Source: Octopus vulgaris (Eukaryota). From it: a DNA stretch of 64,000 nt. The notes under the pieces were generated by a model. It was not told the DNA's origin. It made no database searches and saw nothing but the letters and a program-made list of their open reading frames with translations. The DNA lies in contig OX597825.1 of NCBI GenBank assembly GCA_951406725.2, forward strand, positions 31,000,001 to 31,064,000, in the 5' to 3' direction. Below, piece after piece: positions 12,434-25,300 of this stretch (its first letter is position 1; each line of letters opens with the position of its first letter). The position numbers and the translations under genes are program-made.

Positions 12434-13198
12434 TGACTCTATAGCATGGGTGTTCTATAAAGAACTATGTTACTACATTTTAAACCCAGGAAATCTCTTT
12501 TCTAGATGGTTAACAACACACAATCTATATCCAATATATTGTGAGTAAGAGAGCGAATTACTTCCCTCCAGCTTGGCAAGATCAGTAGACCATGGTCTTT
12601 GGGTCTTTACCCATCATCGATACTGGGCAGTTGCCTGTTAGAGATGGCAATCACTCACCCCCTACTCACAATATATAAACAGAGATGCAGTAGACAGTAG
12701 ATCTCGTAAGGAGCAAAATAGCTAATTCTAAAATCTCTAAATGAGATATAAGTAGTAACAATACTAGGCGGTAACATTTCTTTGTCACTATAACATGACT
12801 GTTCTATAAAGAACTACGTTCCTACATTTTAACCCCAAGAAAGGGTCTTTTCCCGCTGGTTAACAACACACAATTTGTGTCCGGTATATTGTGAGTAAGT
12901 GAGTGACTGTCATCTCTAGCAGCCAGGTGTCCAGTACCGATGAAGAGTAAAGACCTAGAAGCCATGGTCTACTGGCTTTGCAAAGCTGGAGGGGAGCAAT
13001 TCACTCACAATATATCAACACCGATTGGGTGCCGTTTAACCAACAGGAAAAGAGATTTTTCGGGGGGGGGGTTAAAATGTAGTAACAATAGTTCTTTATA
13101 CAACAGCCTTGTTATACTGGCAAAAAAACATTACTGCCTAGTATTGTCACCACTTATATCTCGTTTAGAGATTTTAGGACTAGCTATTTTGCTCTTAC
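12434..13198. mobile_element. Long-TIR fold-back element (12706-13198) plus partial inverted copy (12434-12676)
   Basis: GTAAGGAGCAAAATAGCTA.. and ..TAGCTATTTTGCTCTTAC; about 190-bp diverged inverted arms around a core of about 110 bp. Confidence 0.8.
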
Positions 13199-13204
13199 AT
13201 ATAT

Positions 13205-13336
13205 GAGGCTTGGGCATGAGTCTTGAATATCAAGAAATCCTCTACGAATTCTTGCAAAATACTGGATTGCACTTTTCTTAAGGCTGACTACACCTGCCTC
13301 AATTCCTGTATCTTTCAGCCTCTTAGGAAGCCACTT
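13205..13336 (-). pseudogene. R4/Dong-like (RLE) LINE extreme C-terminus
   Basis: Inverted copy of 13614-13745. Confidence 0.75.
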
Positions 13337-13534
13337 GATTGGTAATTAATTTGACCAATATGCTCAAAAGGGAGAGGCAGGTTCAAAACAGGTAGGATTT
13401 TAACTGAAAATTTAAAGAGACATAACTAAATAATGCATGGGAACTTTGTTGCTGTACTGATTCTGCAATAATAACAATAATACTAACCAGAACAATTATG
13501 GCAGTGGCAGTAATGATGGTAATGCTAAGGATGT

Positions 13535-13765
13535 AACCAGAAAGATGAAGAGGATGTGGAAGACTAAGATGACAATTATTCCCATAGTACCTGGTGTGTT
13601 TGGCACAACATCTAAATGGCTTCTTAAGAGGCTGAAAGATGCAGGAATTGTGACTGGTGTAGTCAGCCTTAAGAAAAGTGCAATCCTGTATTTTGAAGAA
13701 TTCTTTGAGGAATTCTTGAGATTTAAGACTCATGACCAAACCTCAAGGCAAAATTCCTGCTAACT
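13535..13765 (+). pseudogene. R4/Dong-like (RLE) LINE C-terminal fragment
   Basis: KRMWKTKMTIIPIVPGVFG..SLKKSAIL matches the RLE tail pattern LW..IIPIVIGALG..LQK..LL. Confidence 0.75.
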
Positions 13766-13889
13766 ATTTCAGCATGTAGTTGTTTTAATAATAATAATAA
13801 TGGTAATCCTTTCTACTATCAGCACAAGGCCTGAAATTTTGATGGTTGGGAAGTCAGTCATGTCAACGTCATTGTCATTATAGAGCACT

Positions 13890-14675
13890 GTAAAAAGATA
13901 AAGACAAACCTCAAAATGACTTAGATTGATTACCAGAAAGTTTTTTTTTTCCAGCTTACAACAGATGAAACTGTTGGAAAAATTTTGGAGATGGTTAAGA
14001 TATGGATTTTTAAAGAAGGTGACAGGACTCATCTTTGCTGCTCAAGAACAAGTGTTATGCACCAACTGAATGAAGTGTAACATTAATAAGACAGCAATAT
14101 CACCTTTGTGTAGATTATGTGAAAAATCATCGAAGACAATTAAACACATAATAATTGGATGCCCAGAACTGGCTCCAAAGGAGTACAAAAAATGCTGTTA
14201 CAAAGTGGCAGTGCAAGATACACTTGGAGTTGTGCAAGAAGTATGGGCTAAAATGTTCCAATAAGTGATATGAGCACCAACCTTTGCCAATAGTAGAGAA
14301 TGATCAGGTGAAACTCACATGAAATATGTCAATCTACATAGATAAGAAGCGACAACATAACTGATCAGAAATCACTCTCCTATTGAAGAGGGTCTAAAGA
14401 ATGGACCTTCATCAATATAGCTATTCCTGCAGACTAAAATATTGTGAAGACAGGGGAGAAAGTTGAGAGGTACTAAGACCTTGTATTGGAAATGAAAGAC
14501 AACCATAGAGCCTCAAAAGAGAGTTTTACCTGTTGTGATCAATGCACTTGGAACCATCTCAAAGACAACAATATTCTGACATCAAAAGCGACAAATACCA
14601 AACTTTATAAGTACACAGCTGAGAACCTGAGAAGTGACATAAATAACTCAGGAGTAGAAAGGAAAATAAGATGAG
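13890..14675 (+). pseudogene. R4/Dong-like LINE fragment (CCHC knuckle plus RLE), disrupted
   Basis: WLRYGFLKK..LIFAAQEQ..SPLCRLC..TIKHIIIGCPELAPKEYK..ELCKKYG..YEHQP..VEND with stops and frameshifts. Confidence 0.88.
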
Positions 14676-14714
14676 AATAATAATAACAACAACAACAATA
14701 ATAATCTCTTTAAA

Positions 14715-14910
14715 ATAGGAATAAGGCCTCAAATTTGATGTAAGGGAAAATTAGTTGATTAAAGGAGCCCCAGTATTTGACTCATATTCTGTTTTATTAA
14801 CCCTGGAGGAATGAAAGACAACGTTAACTTTGGTGGGATTTGAACTCAGAATGTAAAGAGTTAGAAGAAATACCACAAGGCATTTTGTCTGACACCCTAA
14901 AGATTTTGCC
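14715..14910 (-). mobile_element. SINE family B, decayed
   Basis: GGATTTGAACTCAGAATGTAAAG and AAGGCCTCAAATTT. Confidence 0.7.
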
Positions 14911-15274
14911 TGAAAATATTGAAACATTGGTTGTGAAAAGAGAGAATTTTTTAGTTTTATAAAAGAAAATATCAATAAAAATGATTCCTTCAAGAAACCT
15001 TTTTTGAAATGGATTAAATTATGGAAAGTGTTGTAAGACTTGGAAGCTAAGTGTTGTTAAGAATCCAGTGAAATCCATTGATATTGTCTCTTTCTGTCAT
15101 GCTTTGCAATTTGTTGCATCACCATATTTCCTCCCTATTCCACTCCACTCCCACGACAGCTACATTTTTTGATAAATTCATGATGAACTCGTACTTCTAC
15201 GAAACAGCATCTTGGAGGAAGAATAAATTTTAATACATAAAATTCTCTCAGAAGAGCTAATGTACTTTCAACAG

Positions 15275-15333
15275 ATATCATCACCATCATCCTCATCATC
15301 ATTGTTAGCAACATTATTATCATCAATACCATA

Positions 15334-15399
<66 letters not shown>

Positions 15400-15800
15400 C
15401 ATTATTTTTATTATTACCATCATCATCATAATTATTATTATTATTTTCGTCATTACATCAGCGTTCCATGCTCATTATGTCAGATTTTTGTATTATTATC
15501 ATTATTATCATTATTATTATTATTATTATCATTATTATTATTATTAGTAGTAGTAGTATTAGTAGTAATAGTAATAGTATCATCATTATTATTGTTGTTA
15601 TCATTATTATTAATATTATTATTATTATTAATATTATTATTATTGTTATTATTATTATTATTATTATTATTGCTGTTGTTATTATTATTATCATTGTTAT
15701 GGAAGAAGCCATTATTATTGTTGTTAGTGTTGTAGTTATTATTATTAATATTAATATTAATGTTATTATTATTATTATTATCATCATCATTATTATTATT
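15275..15800. repeat. Compound (ATT/ATC/AGT/GTT)n trinucleotide array
   Basis: Direct reading. Confidence 0.95.
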
Positions 15801-16363
15801 GCTTCTGAGATATTTGCTATTCTAGTGAGATCATAAGATATTTAAAGAAAAAGAGTTCAAGTCGATGACAATAAATTTCATAGGCGAAAAAAGAAAAAAA
15901 AATAGCTAAAATTTTAGATTAAAAGACAAACTTTAATGTTATCATATTAAAAGGAATGTTTCGTGTTTGCATTTCTCATTTTCGCTAAACTACATTTGCC
16001 ATCGAAAATTGTGTGTGTTCTTTAACGAGAAATCATCATAAATGTAACAATAAAATCTGAGAATGGAACCGATAGGATAATTAAAAGGAATACAGCAAGA
16101 GCACTCTGGTTTTAACCCGAAAAATATTTGTATAAAACAACGTAAAATATGCAAATATTAATAACAAAAATATATATAAAAAAAAAAGCAACGAACAAAA
16201 ACAAAATACTATTAACAAAAGTTTTTAAAAAAAAGGCCAAAACAAAAATGTAGAATTTTATGTTTGTTCTCTTCTTAAAGGAAAAAAGAAACAATAAATA
16301 ATTTGTCTAAGCTTCATTTACATTAAATAAATTATTCTTTCCGATAGTATCAAATTCTTAAAG

Positions 16364-16412
<49 letters not shown>

Positions 16413-16439
16413 ATGTGTGTGTGTGTGTGTGTATGTATG

Positions 16440-16478
<39 letters not shown>

Positions 16479-16501
16479 ATGTATGTATATATATATATGA
16501 A

Positions 16502-16545
<44 letters not shown>

Positions 16546-16738
16546 TATATACACACACATATACACATATATGCAGGTATGTACATATGTATGTGTGTGT
16601 GTGTATATATGTATGTGCATATATACATATATGTAGGTATATATATATATATATATATATACACATGTAGGTATTATGTATATATGTGGGTGTGCATGTG
16701 TGTTTGTGTGTGTATGTGTTTGTGTGTGTGTATGTGTG
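16364..16738. repeat. Compound (TA)/(TG) microsatellite
   Basis: Direct reading. Confidence 0.95.
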
Positions 16739-17884
16739 AAAGAAAAGAACCTATTAAGATACAAAAATGAGACCCCCACCACAAAGCGACAAATAAAATA
16801 AGAGTGGAACTATTTTTGCTTTTTTTTTTGTTTTTTTTTTACAAGTGTGTACAAGTTGTCAAATTACAACAACATATTTGATTCAATCTTTCGCCATTAA
16901 TACATAGATTGCGATGGGATTTTACTAATTACTACCGTTGATAATCTGATAGAATACAATTTCACTTGTTTAAAAAACACAACGATTTTATTGCTAAATC
17001 AGAAGATTTTAGAATTTAATGTCAAATGTGGTTATAGTTTTATTCTCTTTTGTTATGCTTTTTTCTTTATTATTTTATTTTATAGTTTTTTTTTTGGTTC
17101 ACTTTTCTGTTTTCATTAACTTCATTTTGGAAGAGAAAAGCAAATAATATTTGATCAGCGTGAAAGAGTAACATAGTACTGGAATGGTAACTTACATTCA
17201 GTGCATTTTAAAATGTAAATTTTTAGGATTCAATCAAGAGCCACAAGACTCCAAGAATATGCTTGACATAAAATAATGGCATCTTAAAGATTGGCGTTTC
17301 TGATTTTTCATAGCAAGAAAATACTTCCACTGCCAAAGACTAATAACCATTTACAAATCTCAGGTGAGACATACAATGAACAAAACTCCCACACCTTGGA
17401 CAATGTTGATGTTAGACACACTGGCATCCTAATCTGAGTTCAAAGAAAGATAAGTTGCGTGATTGGCATAAAGTTACCAACATAAGCCAACCTCTGATCC
17501 AAAGCCATGCTGTATCCTCTCTCTCTCTCTGTTTTTCCACTGCTACTACTGCAGCTTCTACTCCTCACAGCTGACTGGTATCATGGATCCTTCTGCAAGG
17601 CACTTGTAGCTCACGGATCTCTTCACTTCTTATCCTTGTAGTGTTCATCCCAGCATCCCCACTCAAGACCTGAACTGTCTAATACCATACCCAGAACATT
17701 GCCCTCTAGAATTCCCTTCATGTACATCTTTGTATTGCAGCTGTCAGCATACAACAGCTCAAGCATAAAATTAACAGTGTTAACATCACTGGTTTTACTG
17801 AGAGGCCCTGCAAAGCCCCACTCCTTCCATCAAACCAAACGAAAAAGAAAAAAAAAGCTAAATTGATGCTCCTCCATGATGACA

Positions 17885-18035
17885 ACTCCTGGGTCTGGCT
17901 TTGTCATGAGAAGGGGGCTTGCATGTTTTATAGGTCCAAGAGAATGTTACCAGCTAGAGCTTTGCTCCTGGTAGACCCACTCTAGGTAGGCCAGTCTCCC
18001 AGAGAGGTTTCAGATTAATGGTGACTGGTAGTACA
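17885..18035 (+). mobile_element. Probable RTE LINE 5' leader remnant
   Basis: GCTTTGTCATGAGAAGGGGGCTTGCATG..GCTCCTGGTAG resembles Expander/BovB-type 5' UTRs (from recall). Confidence 0.45.
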
Positions 18036-18765
18036 TTTGGCTTGTCACCAAGATGGCAGCTTCTTCATCTGACTATTTTGCAGAGGACCAACAACCTGCC
18101 CAGAACAAACCTCCATGTGATATGAAACCAACCAGAAGAACAGATCCTTGCCCAACATCAGAACAGATCCTTGCATGCCCTCAACCAACAAGAAATAATC
18201 TTACATTCATACTGCCATAATTTATTTATCCTAATAAGAGTAAGATCCTAATTAGGAATACTATAATTAGTCTCCATTCACATGGCTTGTGAAAGCATAA
18301 TCTATTTCATGTCCTTAATTAAATTAGAGCAAAATGGAATTTAAGATATCTGTAAAGTAACTTCAATATCGGATATTTCTCCCTGGCAAAAGTTTGTTAT
18401 TATCTTCCAGATATTAATAGCATCCAACTATCTTCTAAATCAGAATCATTAAAATAGAATTGGAAATTTTATTCATTTATCTATTATTTTATTCAGATTT
18501 TATTTAAGGAAGAAACAGTCAATTAAGTTGACCCTAGTCTTAAATTGTCTGGTGATTATTTTATGAACCTTGATGGAATGTAAATACAGAATGTAATGTG
18601 CTGTGCTTAAGAGGACCAATCAAGCCAAGTGCACCCATACCCTAAATACACTAAATACCACAAGATATTTTGTTTAACACTCTACTAATCCTAATCCAGT
18701 ATCCTTCTCATCTATAATGATTTCAAATTTTTGACTAGCAATTTTAAGAGGATAGTTAATATATA

Positions 18766-19104
18766 AGAGTGACCCCCTTTGGTCATGAATGACCATCGGA
18801 TTACACCGAGAATGTTACCCTCTGAGGCACAAATTCAGGCAAGGTTGTTTATGGAAGACCAGCAGTCACTCATGCATACCAGTTTCTCCTCTCCACGCCA
18901 TGGACATCATCCAAGGGAAAGGCAAAGGCCGATACAGCTTGGCACCAGTGACATCGCAACTCATTTCTACAGCTGAGTGAACTAGAGCAACATGAAATAA
19001 AATGTCTTGTTCAAGAACACAACATGAAACCCAGTCCAGGAATTGAACTCGAAACCTCAAGATCATAAGCTCGACGCCCTAACCACTGAGCCATGCACCT
19101 TCAC
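18766..19104 (-). mobile_element. SINE family D (tRNA head plus CORE domain)
   Basis: Minus strand: A box TGGCTCAGTGG, B box GAGTTCAATTCC, TTGTGTTCTTGAACAAGACATTT..CACTCAGCTGTAGAAATGAGT. Confidence 0.85.
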
Positions 19105-19119
19105 TATATATATTTATAG

Positions 19120-19245
<126 letters not shown>

Positions 19246-19623
19246 ATAGACACAGTATCAACATGGCCTGAATGATGAAGAAGTTTGCTTTGCAAACCCT
19301 AAACAAATAATTCACTCATCAAATAATTGATTCTTCATCATTAAAATGCTAGGAAACCATGTCTTCATTTAATTTCCATTTTCCCTGAGCAGTGGATTAT
19401 CAGAAAAGTTAGTTTCACACAGAGTGCTTTGTGCTAACTGTTCTATTTGCATTTGGCCAGCAATGCCTGTGATGATATGGGTGCCAAGGAGCATAAGCGT
19501 ACCTTTCTCTTCAACATCATTAATAGTAAAAACAGAGACTTGTGTGAGTGAGCAAGTGCAGGCCTATACTTTAGAGAAGAATTTTTTGAACTGTACAAAC
19601 CCATGGTTAAATATAACAAAAAC

Positions 19624-19772
19624 AGGCATGGCTGAGTGACTAAAAAGTTAACACCCATGTGATTTCAGGTTCACCACTCAACACTCCTCCAGACATCTTC
19701 AACTATAACCCTGAGCCAATGAAAACTTTGTGAATAGATCTGGTAGGCAGAGATTGAAAGAAATTCATTTTG
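19624..19772 (+). mobile_element. SINE family A head, decayed
   Basis: GGCATGGCTGAGTG..TTGTGAATAGATCTGGTAG..GAAAGAAA. Confidence 0.65.
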
Positions 19773-19776
19773 TATA

Positions 19777-21050
19777 CAGGGAATTCAGGATAAATCTGAC
19801 GATTTTTATGACTCCTTTTTACAGGAACAGCTTGGTGTATTGGTGAATGGTGATTGGCACTGGAAAGCATAAAGATTAAAGCTGTAGTTGAGAAAAAGTT
19901 TGGTGATACGGAGGATTGGAGCCATCTGAATATTTGAAAGAGTTACTTGTGTCATGATCATTTGTGTCAAGTATCAAAATACTGACATCATGACTGCTGC
20001 TGTTGCTGTTGAGCAGTCGCTGTTGAGCGAACAGTCTTTGTCCCAGAGCTCGCAAGATGGGAGATGTCCAAAACGTGGTCCTTAGCTATTTGTAAGACCC
20101 GCAAAACAGAAAGCAGGTCAACCCCCGACACCAAGAGCATCAACGGATAGCTGAATACGCATCCAGGCACAGCGGTTGCATAGGAAGTCGGGGACAAGAA
20201 ACAGGAAGAAAGTGAGAGAAAGTTGAAGTGAAAGAGTACAACAGGGGTTGCCACCACCCCCTGCCGGAGCTTTAGGTGTTTTTGCTTAATAAATACACAA
20301 AATGCCCAGTCTGGGAATCGAAACCGCGATCCTCCGACCGCGAATCCGCTGCCCTAACCACTGGGCCATTGCGCCTCCACTTGTGACTGCTGCTCAACGC
20401 TCTGTGAACACTATAAAGGCTGTAAGATGTGACATGGAGGACTACAGGAGGGGACACAGGGGATGCAGAAGGGGACACAGCAGGCGCCCTGACTGTATCT
20501 GCATGCTGGAGTTCATCTCCACATCTTTGAACAGGGGCCGTAAGCTCAGTTCAGATGGCTATGTGAAGCTGCTAGAGTCTGTGGTCAAGCCCAGGCTGGA
20601 GTGGGTTGCAGCTGGAAAACCATATACATGGCAGTAGGATTTGTCTCCTTGCCATACCTCCAGGAAAAGTTAGAAGTGCTTGTCAGAGAATTTTCTATCT
20701 CTTCACCAGCCACAATTTCTGGCCTTCTAATTCCACCAATTGAGTGTGACACGGTTGAGGAAGACACCAACTGCTCTGTTTGCACTGGCAAAGGTGACCT
20801 GGTGGCTAAGATCAAGGAGGTGTTTAAAGATCTTCCCAGTGACACAGTGAGGAATGCATGTACCAGGTGCCAAAGCTGTCTTGAAGCCATGGTGGAAGTT
20901 GGAGGCAGCTTCTTTGAGGAAACTACTAACTCCCAGTCATAATCCAATTGAGATTTTTTGATATTTTTAAAAATACTTCTATTTTGGAATAGGAAATTGT
21001 GTTGCTTTTTCCTTTTACGTAAACTGACGAATTTAGCCTGAACATCCTCT
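19777..21050 (+). mobile_element. Tc1/mariner (DD37D/maT-like) relic with nested SINE
   Basis: Imperfect TIRs CAGGGAATTCAGGATAAAT / ATTTAGCCTGAACATCCTCTG; YVKLLESVVKP..PYTWQ*D.SPCHTSR..FWP.NS..DLPSDTVRNAC..LEAMVEVGGSFFE. Confidence 0.85.
20002..20383 (-). mobile_element. SINE family C with tail type 1
   Basis: Head GGAGGCGCAATGGCCCAGTGG..GGTTTCGATTCC; TSD TGACTGCTGCT at 19991-20001 and 20384-20394. Confidence 0.9.
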
Positions 21051-21287
21051 GCTTGATTGAGTGTGTGTGTATGTGTGTGTGTGTGCATGTACACATGCAT
21101 ATTCAATGTGCATACTTACAATATATATGTATATGTGCTTGTGTGTGTGTGTGTGTGTGTGTGTGCATGTACACATGCATGTTCAATGTGCACACTTACA
21201 ATATATATGTATATGTATATGTGTTTGTGTGTGTGTGTGTGTAAGCAAAAAAAAAAAACAGACACATATATGTATACTTCTATATAG

Positions 21288-22129
21288 TTGAAATTTATAG
21301 AAAACAAAAGATGAAAACAGGTGTATGAATAACAAGCAACTGTATTAGTTTGACGCTCGGGGAATATGAAAAAGTCATTTATGTTTCAAGCTTATGCTCT
21401 TCAGCAGAAAGGAATAAGAAGAAATAAACAGGGAGAGAATGAAAAATCTTGTAGATTTCAGTGATCCAGCATAGTGATTGACTGGAAGGAAAGCGATTGT
21501 AAGAAAGGGAGATAATAAAGTGCTAATGATCCCAACAAGAGAAGGTTTGACTATGCATATTATATGTGAGAAATGGTGTGTGTGACTGTGTAAGTGTGTG
21601 TGTGAATAGGAGTGAGTGATTCTGATGCGTGTGAGTGTCCGTTATGTGTAGCAGCTGATGTGTGCCTATTTCATGCAGTGTGTGCACAACCGTGTGTGTT
21701 TGTGGGTCTGTGACCAGAGTGTGCATGTGTATGGTGTATATATATGTGGGTGAAAGTTATCTTTGTCTATGTATGTCGTGTGTGTTAAAGCATGTTACAT
21801 GTGTATGTATATATTGTCTGTGTTCAGGTATTATGTGCTTGTGTGGGTGTGGGAGTGTGCATGATGGTGTGTGGATGATAGTGGGTGGTGTGGATGCTGG
21901 GAAGTGGTCAGTGCTAATGTGTGTGGAGTGGTGTGGGGTTGGTATCAAATGAAGAGAATAGGTGAGATTGGTGTCAGATGAAGAGAGGAGGTGAGTTGAG
22001 TCCATGTAGTGCAAAGAAGCAAAGAGAGAAGATTAATTTCTGTTCACAGCAAAGGTGGGAGTCCAGATGGCCCCAGTGCAAAGACAGTCTGAACGCAAAC
22101 AGATGTTGTAGCGAATGACCAGTAGAGCA
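21288..22129 (-). mobile_element. 5'-truncated Penelope-like element: GIY-YIG C-terminus, CA-rich 3' UTR, HHR-bearing terminal repeat
   Basis: 22129 to 21974 translates CSTGHSLQHL..EQKLIFSL..HGLNSPPLFI*, the PLE endonuclease tail (GHS..EQxLIFxL..GLN); HHR-like fold at 21376-21411. Confidence 0.85.
21376..21411 (-). ncRNA. Hammerhead-like motif, A6C variant, decayed
   Basis: Minus strand: CTTT CTGCTGA A GAGC ataa GCTT GAAA CA TA AATG. Confidence 0.55.
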
Positions 22130-24265
22130 GACATAAGTGTATATATTTTGTGTTTATGTCTGCATTATTTTTGTCTATGTTTGTACCCTATAAAAGTGTA
22201 TCATATTTAGTTGTATTCCATTATATCCTATACTTTACTAATTACAAAAACAGAGGTTGATAAACTGTATACTCAACTGAGATAAACAGTGGGTGGTGGG
22301 AGTTGATACACTTGACTAAAGCACTGGCAGCTAGGGCCATTGTGTGGCCCAAATTTGAGACCTGACAGAAATCTGTGAAAGATTATAACGGTCTATTTGA
22401 CCCTTGCTAGAAATTACAGACAATTTCAACTAACTACAAGAATAGCCTGTATTCATATGCATGTTTACAGTTGTTTACAACTAAATGAAGTGAAGTAATT
22501 GAATATTTTGTTTGTCTTGGTGAAGGTCACATATTGTTGTGTCAGTGAGTGGATATGAACCAATGCCATTTTCATTATTAGTCCGCCACTCTTTGTGGCG
22601 CCATCAAAAATTTCTTAACAATGGGTAAACAAAGAAAATAAAAATCAAATAAAGAATTCATGCATTGTCTTAAATGTTCACTCTATGTACACTTGAAAAT
22701 CATTAAGATAGTGTTACCATTTTACTAAATAAAAATGAAATCAATATATATACATACACATGTATATCTTGAAATTAAAATATAATTAAATAAAAAATTG
22801 TTTCAATTTTCTTTTCAGAAAAATGCTGTAAATTTATGAAACATGACTCTTGAAAGAAATTGAATTTCATTCTTTTATTCTGAAAATATGAACTGATTGA
22901 CTCAAGAAGATAAATAAATGAAAAGACATAAAATGATTTATCATTTAAAAACAAAACAAAAAAAGCATAATCTCTTTGTTGTTAACAAGTAAACAAATAA
23001 AGACACAAAAAAAAAAATCAAGAAAATTAGTTAAAACAAAAAAAATAATTGTTGATGTTATTCATTTGCAGAGTAAATAAACGTTCATCAGAAAGCATAT
23101 GTTGATATAATCCGTTATTTAATACATTTGTTTACTTGAATCATTGCCAACACAATAATCATTATCTTCATCAGATAATATAAATCTTAATGTATCTCCT
23201 CATTTACTACAAGATGAAGTTTCAATCTGTTTCTATTCTGAGTTTATATATTTTATGGGGAAATAGCAAGTAGCTTTTCTTTTAAGGACATCTATTGAAT
23301 ACACAACTATAACTTATTTCTAAGTATTTTCTATGAAATATTTAAAATTTAAGGATTTCACTCTTAACCATACAATTTAAAAATCTTATAATAATTACTA
23401 GAAGAATTCATATTTCATTTGATATTCAATCATCATCAAGACTTAATGTAAAAATTCATATTTAATCCTGGTATTTTTTCTTTCTTGTTTAAATTTGTAC
23501 AGTAAATATATCATGTTGTAACTTCTAATCACACAGATACATAAATTTAAACAAGTGATACCACCAACTCATTCTCTTAAACCTTCATGGAGAAGTCTGG
23601 CACTAAAGTATTCAGCACCCTATTCCAGCCCTACAGTATATCTCTGTCCCCACTTCCCAGCTCTACAATGTCCACCAACTCCAGACAGTACAATGTGCAC
23701 CCCATACTCCATTTTTTTTATAATTATTTCATCAAGTTTCAGCTCACGAGCTGTGGCCATGCTGGGGCACCGCCAGTTGGTGTTGCTACATGATTTTACT
23801 TCACAAATGCTTTTTAGCAATTGACATTTGGTGCATACAACTTCCTGCAACTATCACCCTCTTCTACATTAACTGAAAAAAAATGCATTCTTAAAAAAGT
23901 TATAAAAATTCTAAATTATGAAAAAAAAAAAAATTATAAATCATAAAAAGAAATTATGAATTAAAAACAATTATAAAAATTCTGATGAAAAGAATATAGT
24001 TAACTGCCAAACTAGAAATCAATAGTTTTATTATCATGTGTCACACTGAGTAAATCTGTTCTTTGGCAAAAGTTGAAATATTTTATGCCAAATCATAAGA
24101 CAAATCATAACACCACACAAGCAAAGCTAGAGAACAGAGGTGGGTAGATCTATCATACCTACTCATTCTTGCCCTTTATCCTCCTCTAGTAAAGAAATGA
24201 CCTCACCTCTTCATTACTAAGTTTGACAGTAGATTTCATTGACAGAAACTGAAAGAAACCCATCT

Positions 24266-24350
24266 TTTATTATTATTATTATCATTATTATTATTATTAT
24301 CATTATTATTATTATTATTATTATCATTATTATTATTATTATTATTATTA

Positions 24351-24402
<52 letters not shown>
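24266..24402. repeat. (ATT)n microsatellite
   Basis: Direct reading. Confidence 0.97.
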
Positions 24403-24611
24403 GTATATATATATAATGACAATAAGAAAATGGAGGGGATCAAGAGGTGGTATTCATCAACTTTTAGACATTATATTAGGTCTATTTATTTATTTTTTTA
24501 AAAAAACAATTATAATAATATACATACATGTATAATAGATTATGCTTTACATATATAAAAATACCAGTAATTATTAAAATATATAATGTAGAACATAGAA
24601 AGTAGAATAGT

Positions 24612-24735
24612 TTCTTACAGCTGTTTCAGCCAAGAGGTCATAACACCCTACTTTACTTCCATCCCTACAGTTAACTGAAGTATTTGGTAGATAAAATTAA
24701 GGTACATGAGTGTGCCTCTGGGCTTCATCAAAGGT
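24612..24735 (-). ncRNA. Hammerhead motif with long loop 2 (C3U)
   Basis: Minus strand: TTGATGA AGCCCAGAGG ..loop of about 77 nt.. CCTCTTGGCT GAAA CAGCTG TA AGA; stem II 9/10 pairs. Confidence 0.6.
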
Positions 24736-25091
24736 ACATCCATGGAGGAAAGAAAATAGATGCAAGATATGGTTTGTATTTAAAGTGCTTGTATTAACTT
24801 TAAATACAAACCGTTGACTCTGCAACACTGTATATAAATTCTCTACTGGGAATGACCAAGTTTAAAAATCTGCTGGATCTCACTCATAAGGAAATCTTAC
24901 ATTACTTATAAACTCTATATTTAGAAGGACTCATAGGATATTGGAATATTGCATATACACCATTATGCCTAAAAAATGAATTTACAACTTCAATGCCCAT
25001 ACATATCTTGCATCAATTTTCTTTCCTCCACCTCACTCTCTATTTTGTATCACATCTAAACTAACTATGGCTTAACTATCCTCTCACACCA

Positions 25092-25141
25092 TCTCCGATG
25101 AAGGGATATTATTAATAAATATCCTAGAAACAGCTGTAAGA
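25092..25141 (+). ncRNA. Minimal type-I hammerhead motif (U4C)
   Basis: TCT CCGATGA A GGGATATT attaata AATATCCT A GAAA CAGCTG TA AGA; palindromic stem III ACAGCTGT. Confidence 0.65.
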
Positions 25142-25223
25142 CCTTCTATCTATAAATGTTCTAATATCTACACAGCCATGGGCTTTTTTTATTTTATTAC
25201 GCAAAAAATTATTATATATCTAT

Positions 25224-25296
<73 letters not shown>

Positions 25297-25300
<4 letters not shown>

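Larger units (their letters stand above)
24555..25205. mobile_element. Pair of divergently oriented Penelope-type ends
   Basis: Inverted match 24744-24771 / 25002-25029; an HHR on each strand; weak EILHYL*TLYLEGL endonuclease-tail trace near 24890-24932. Confidence 0.7.
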
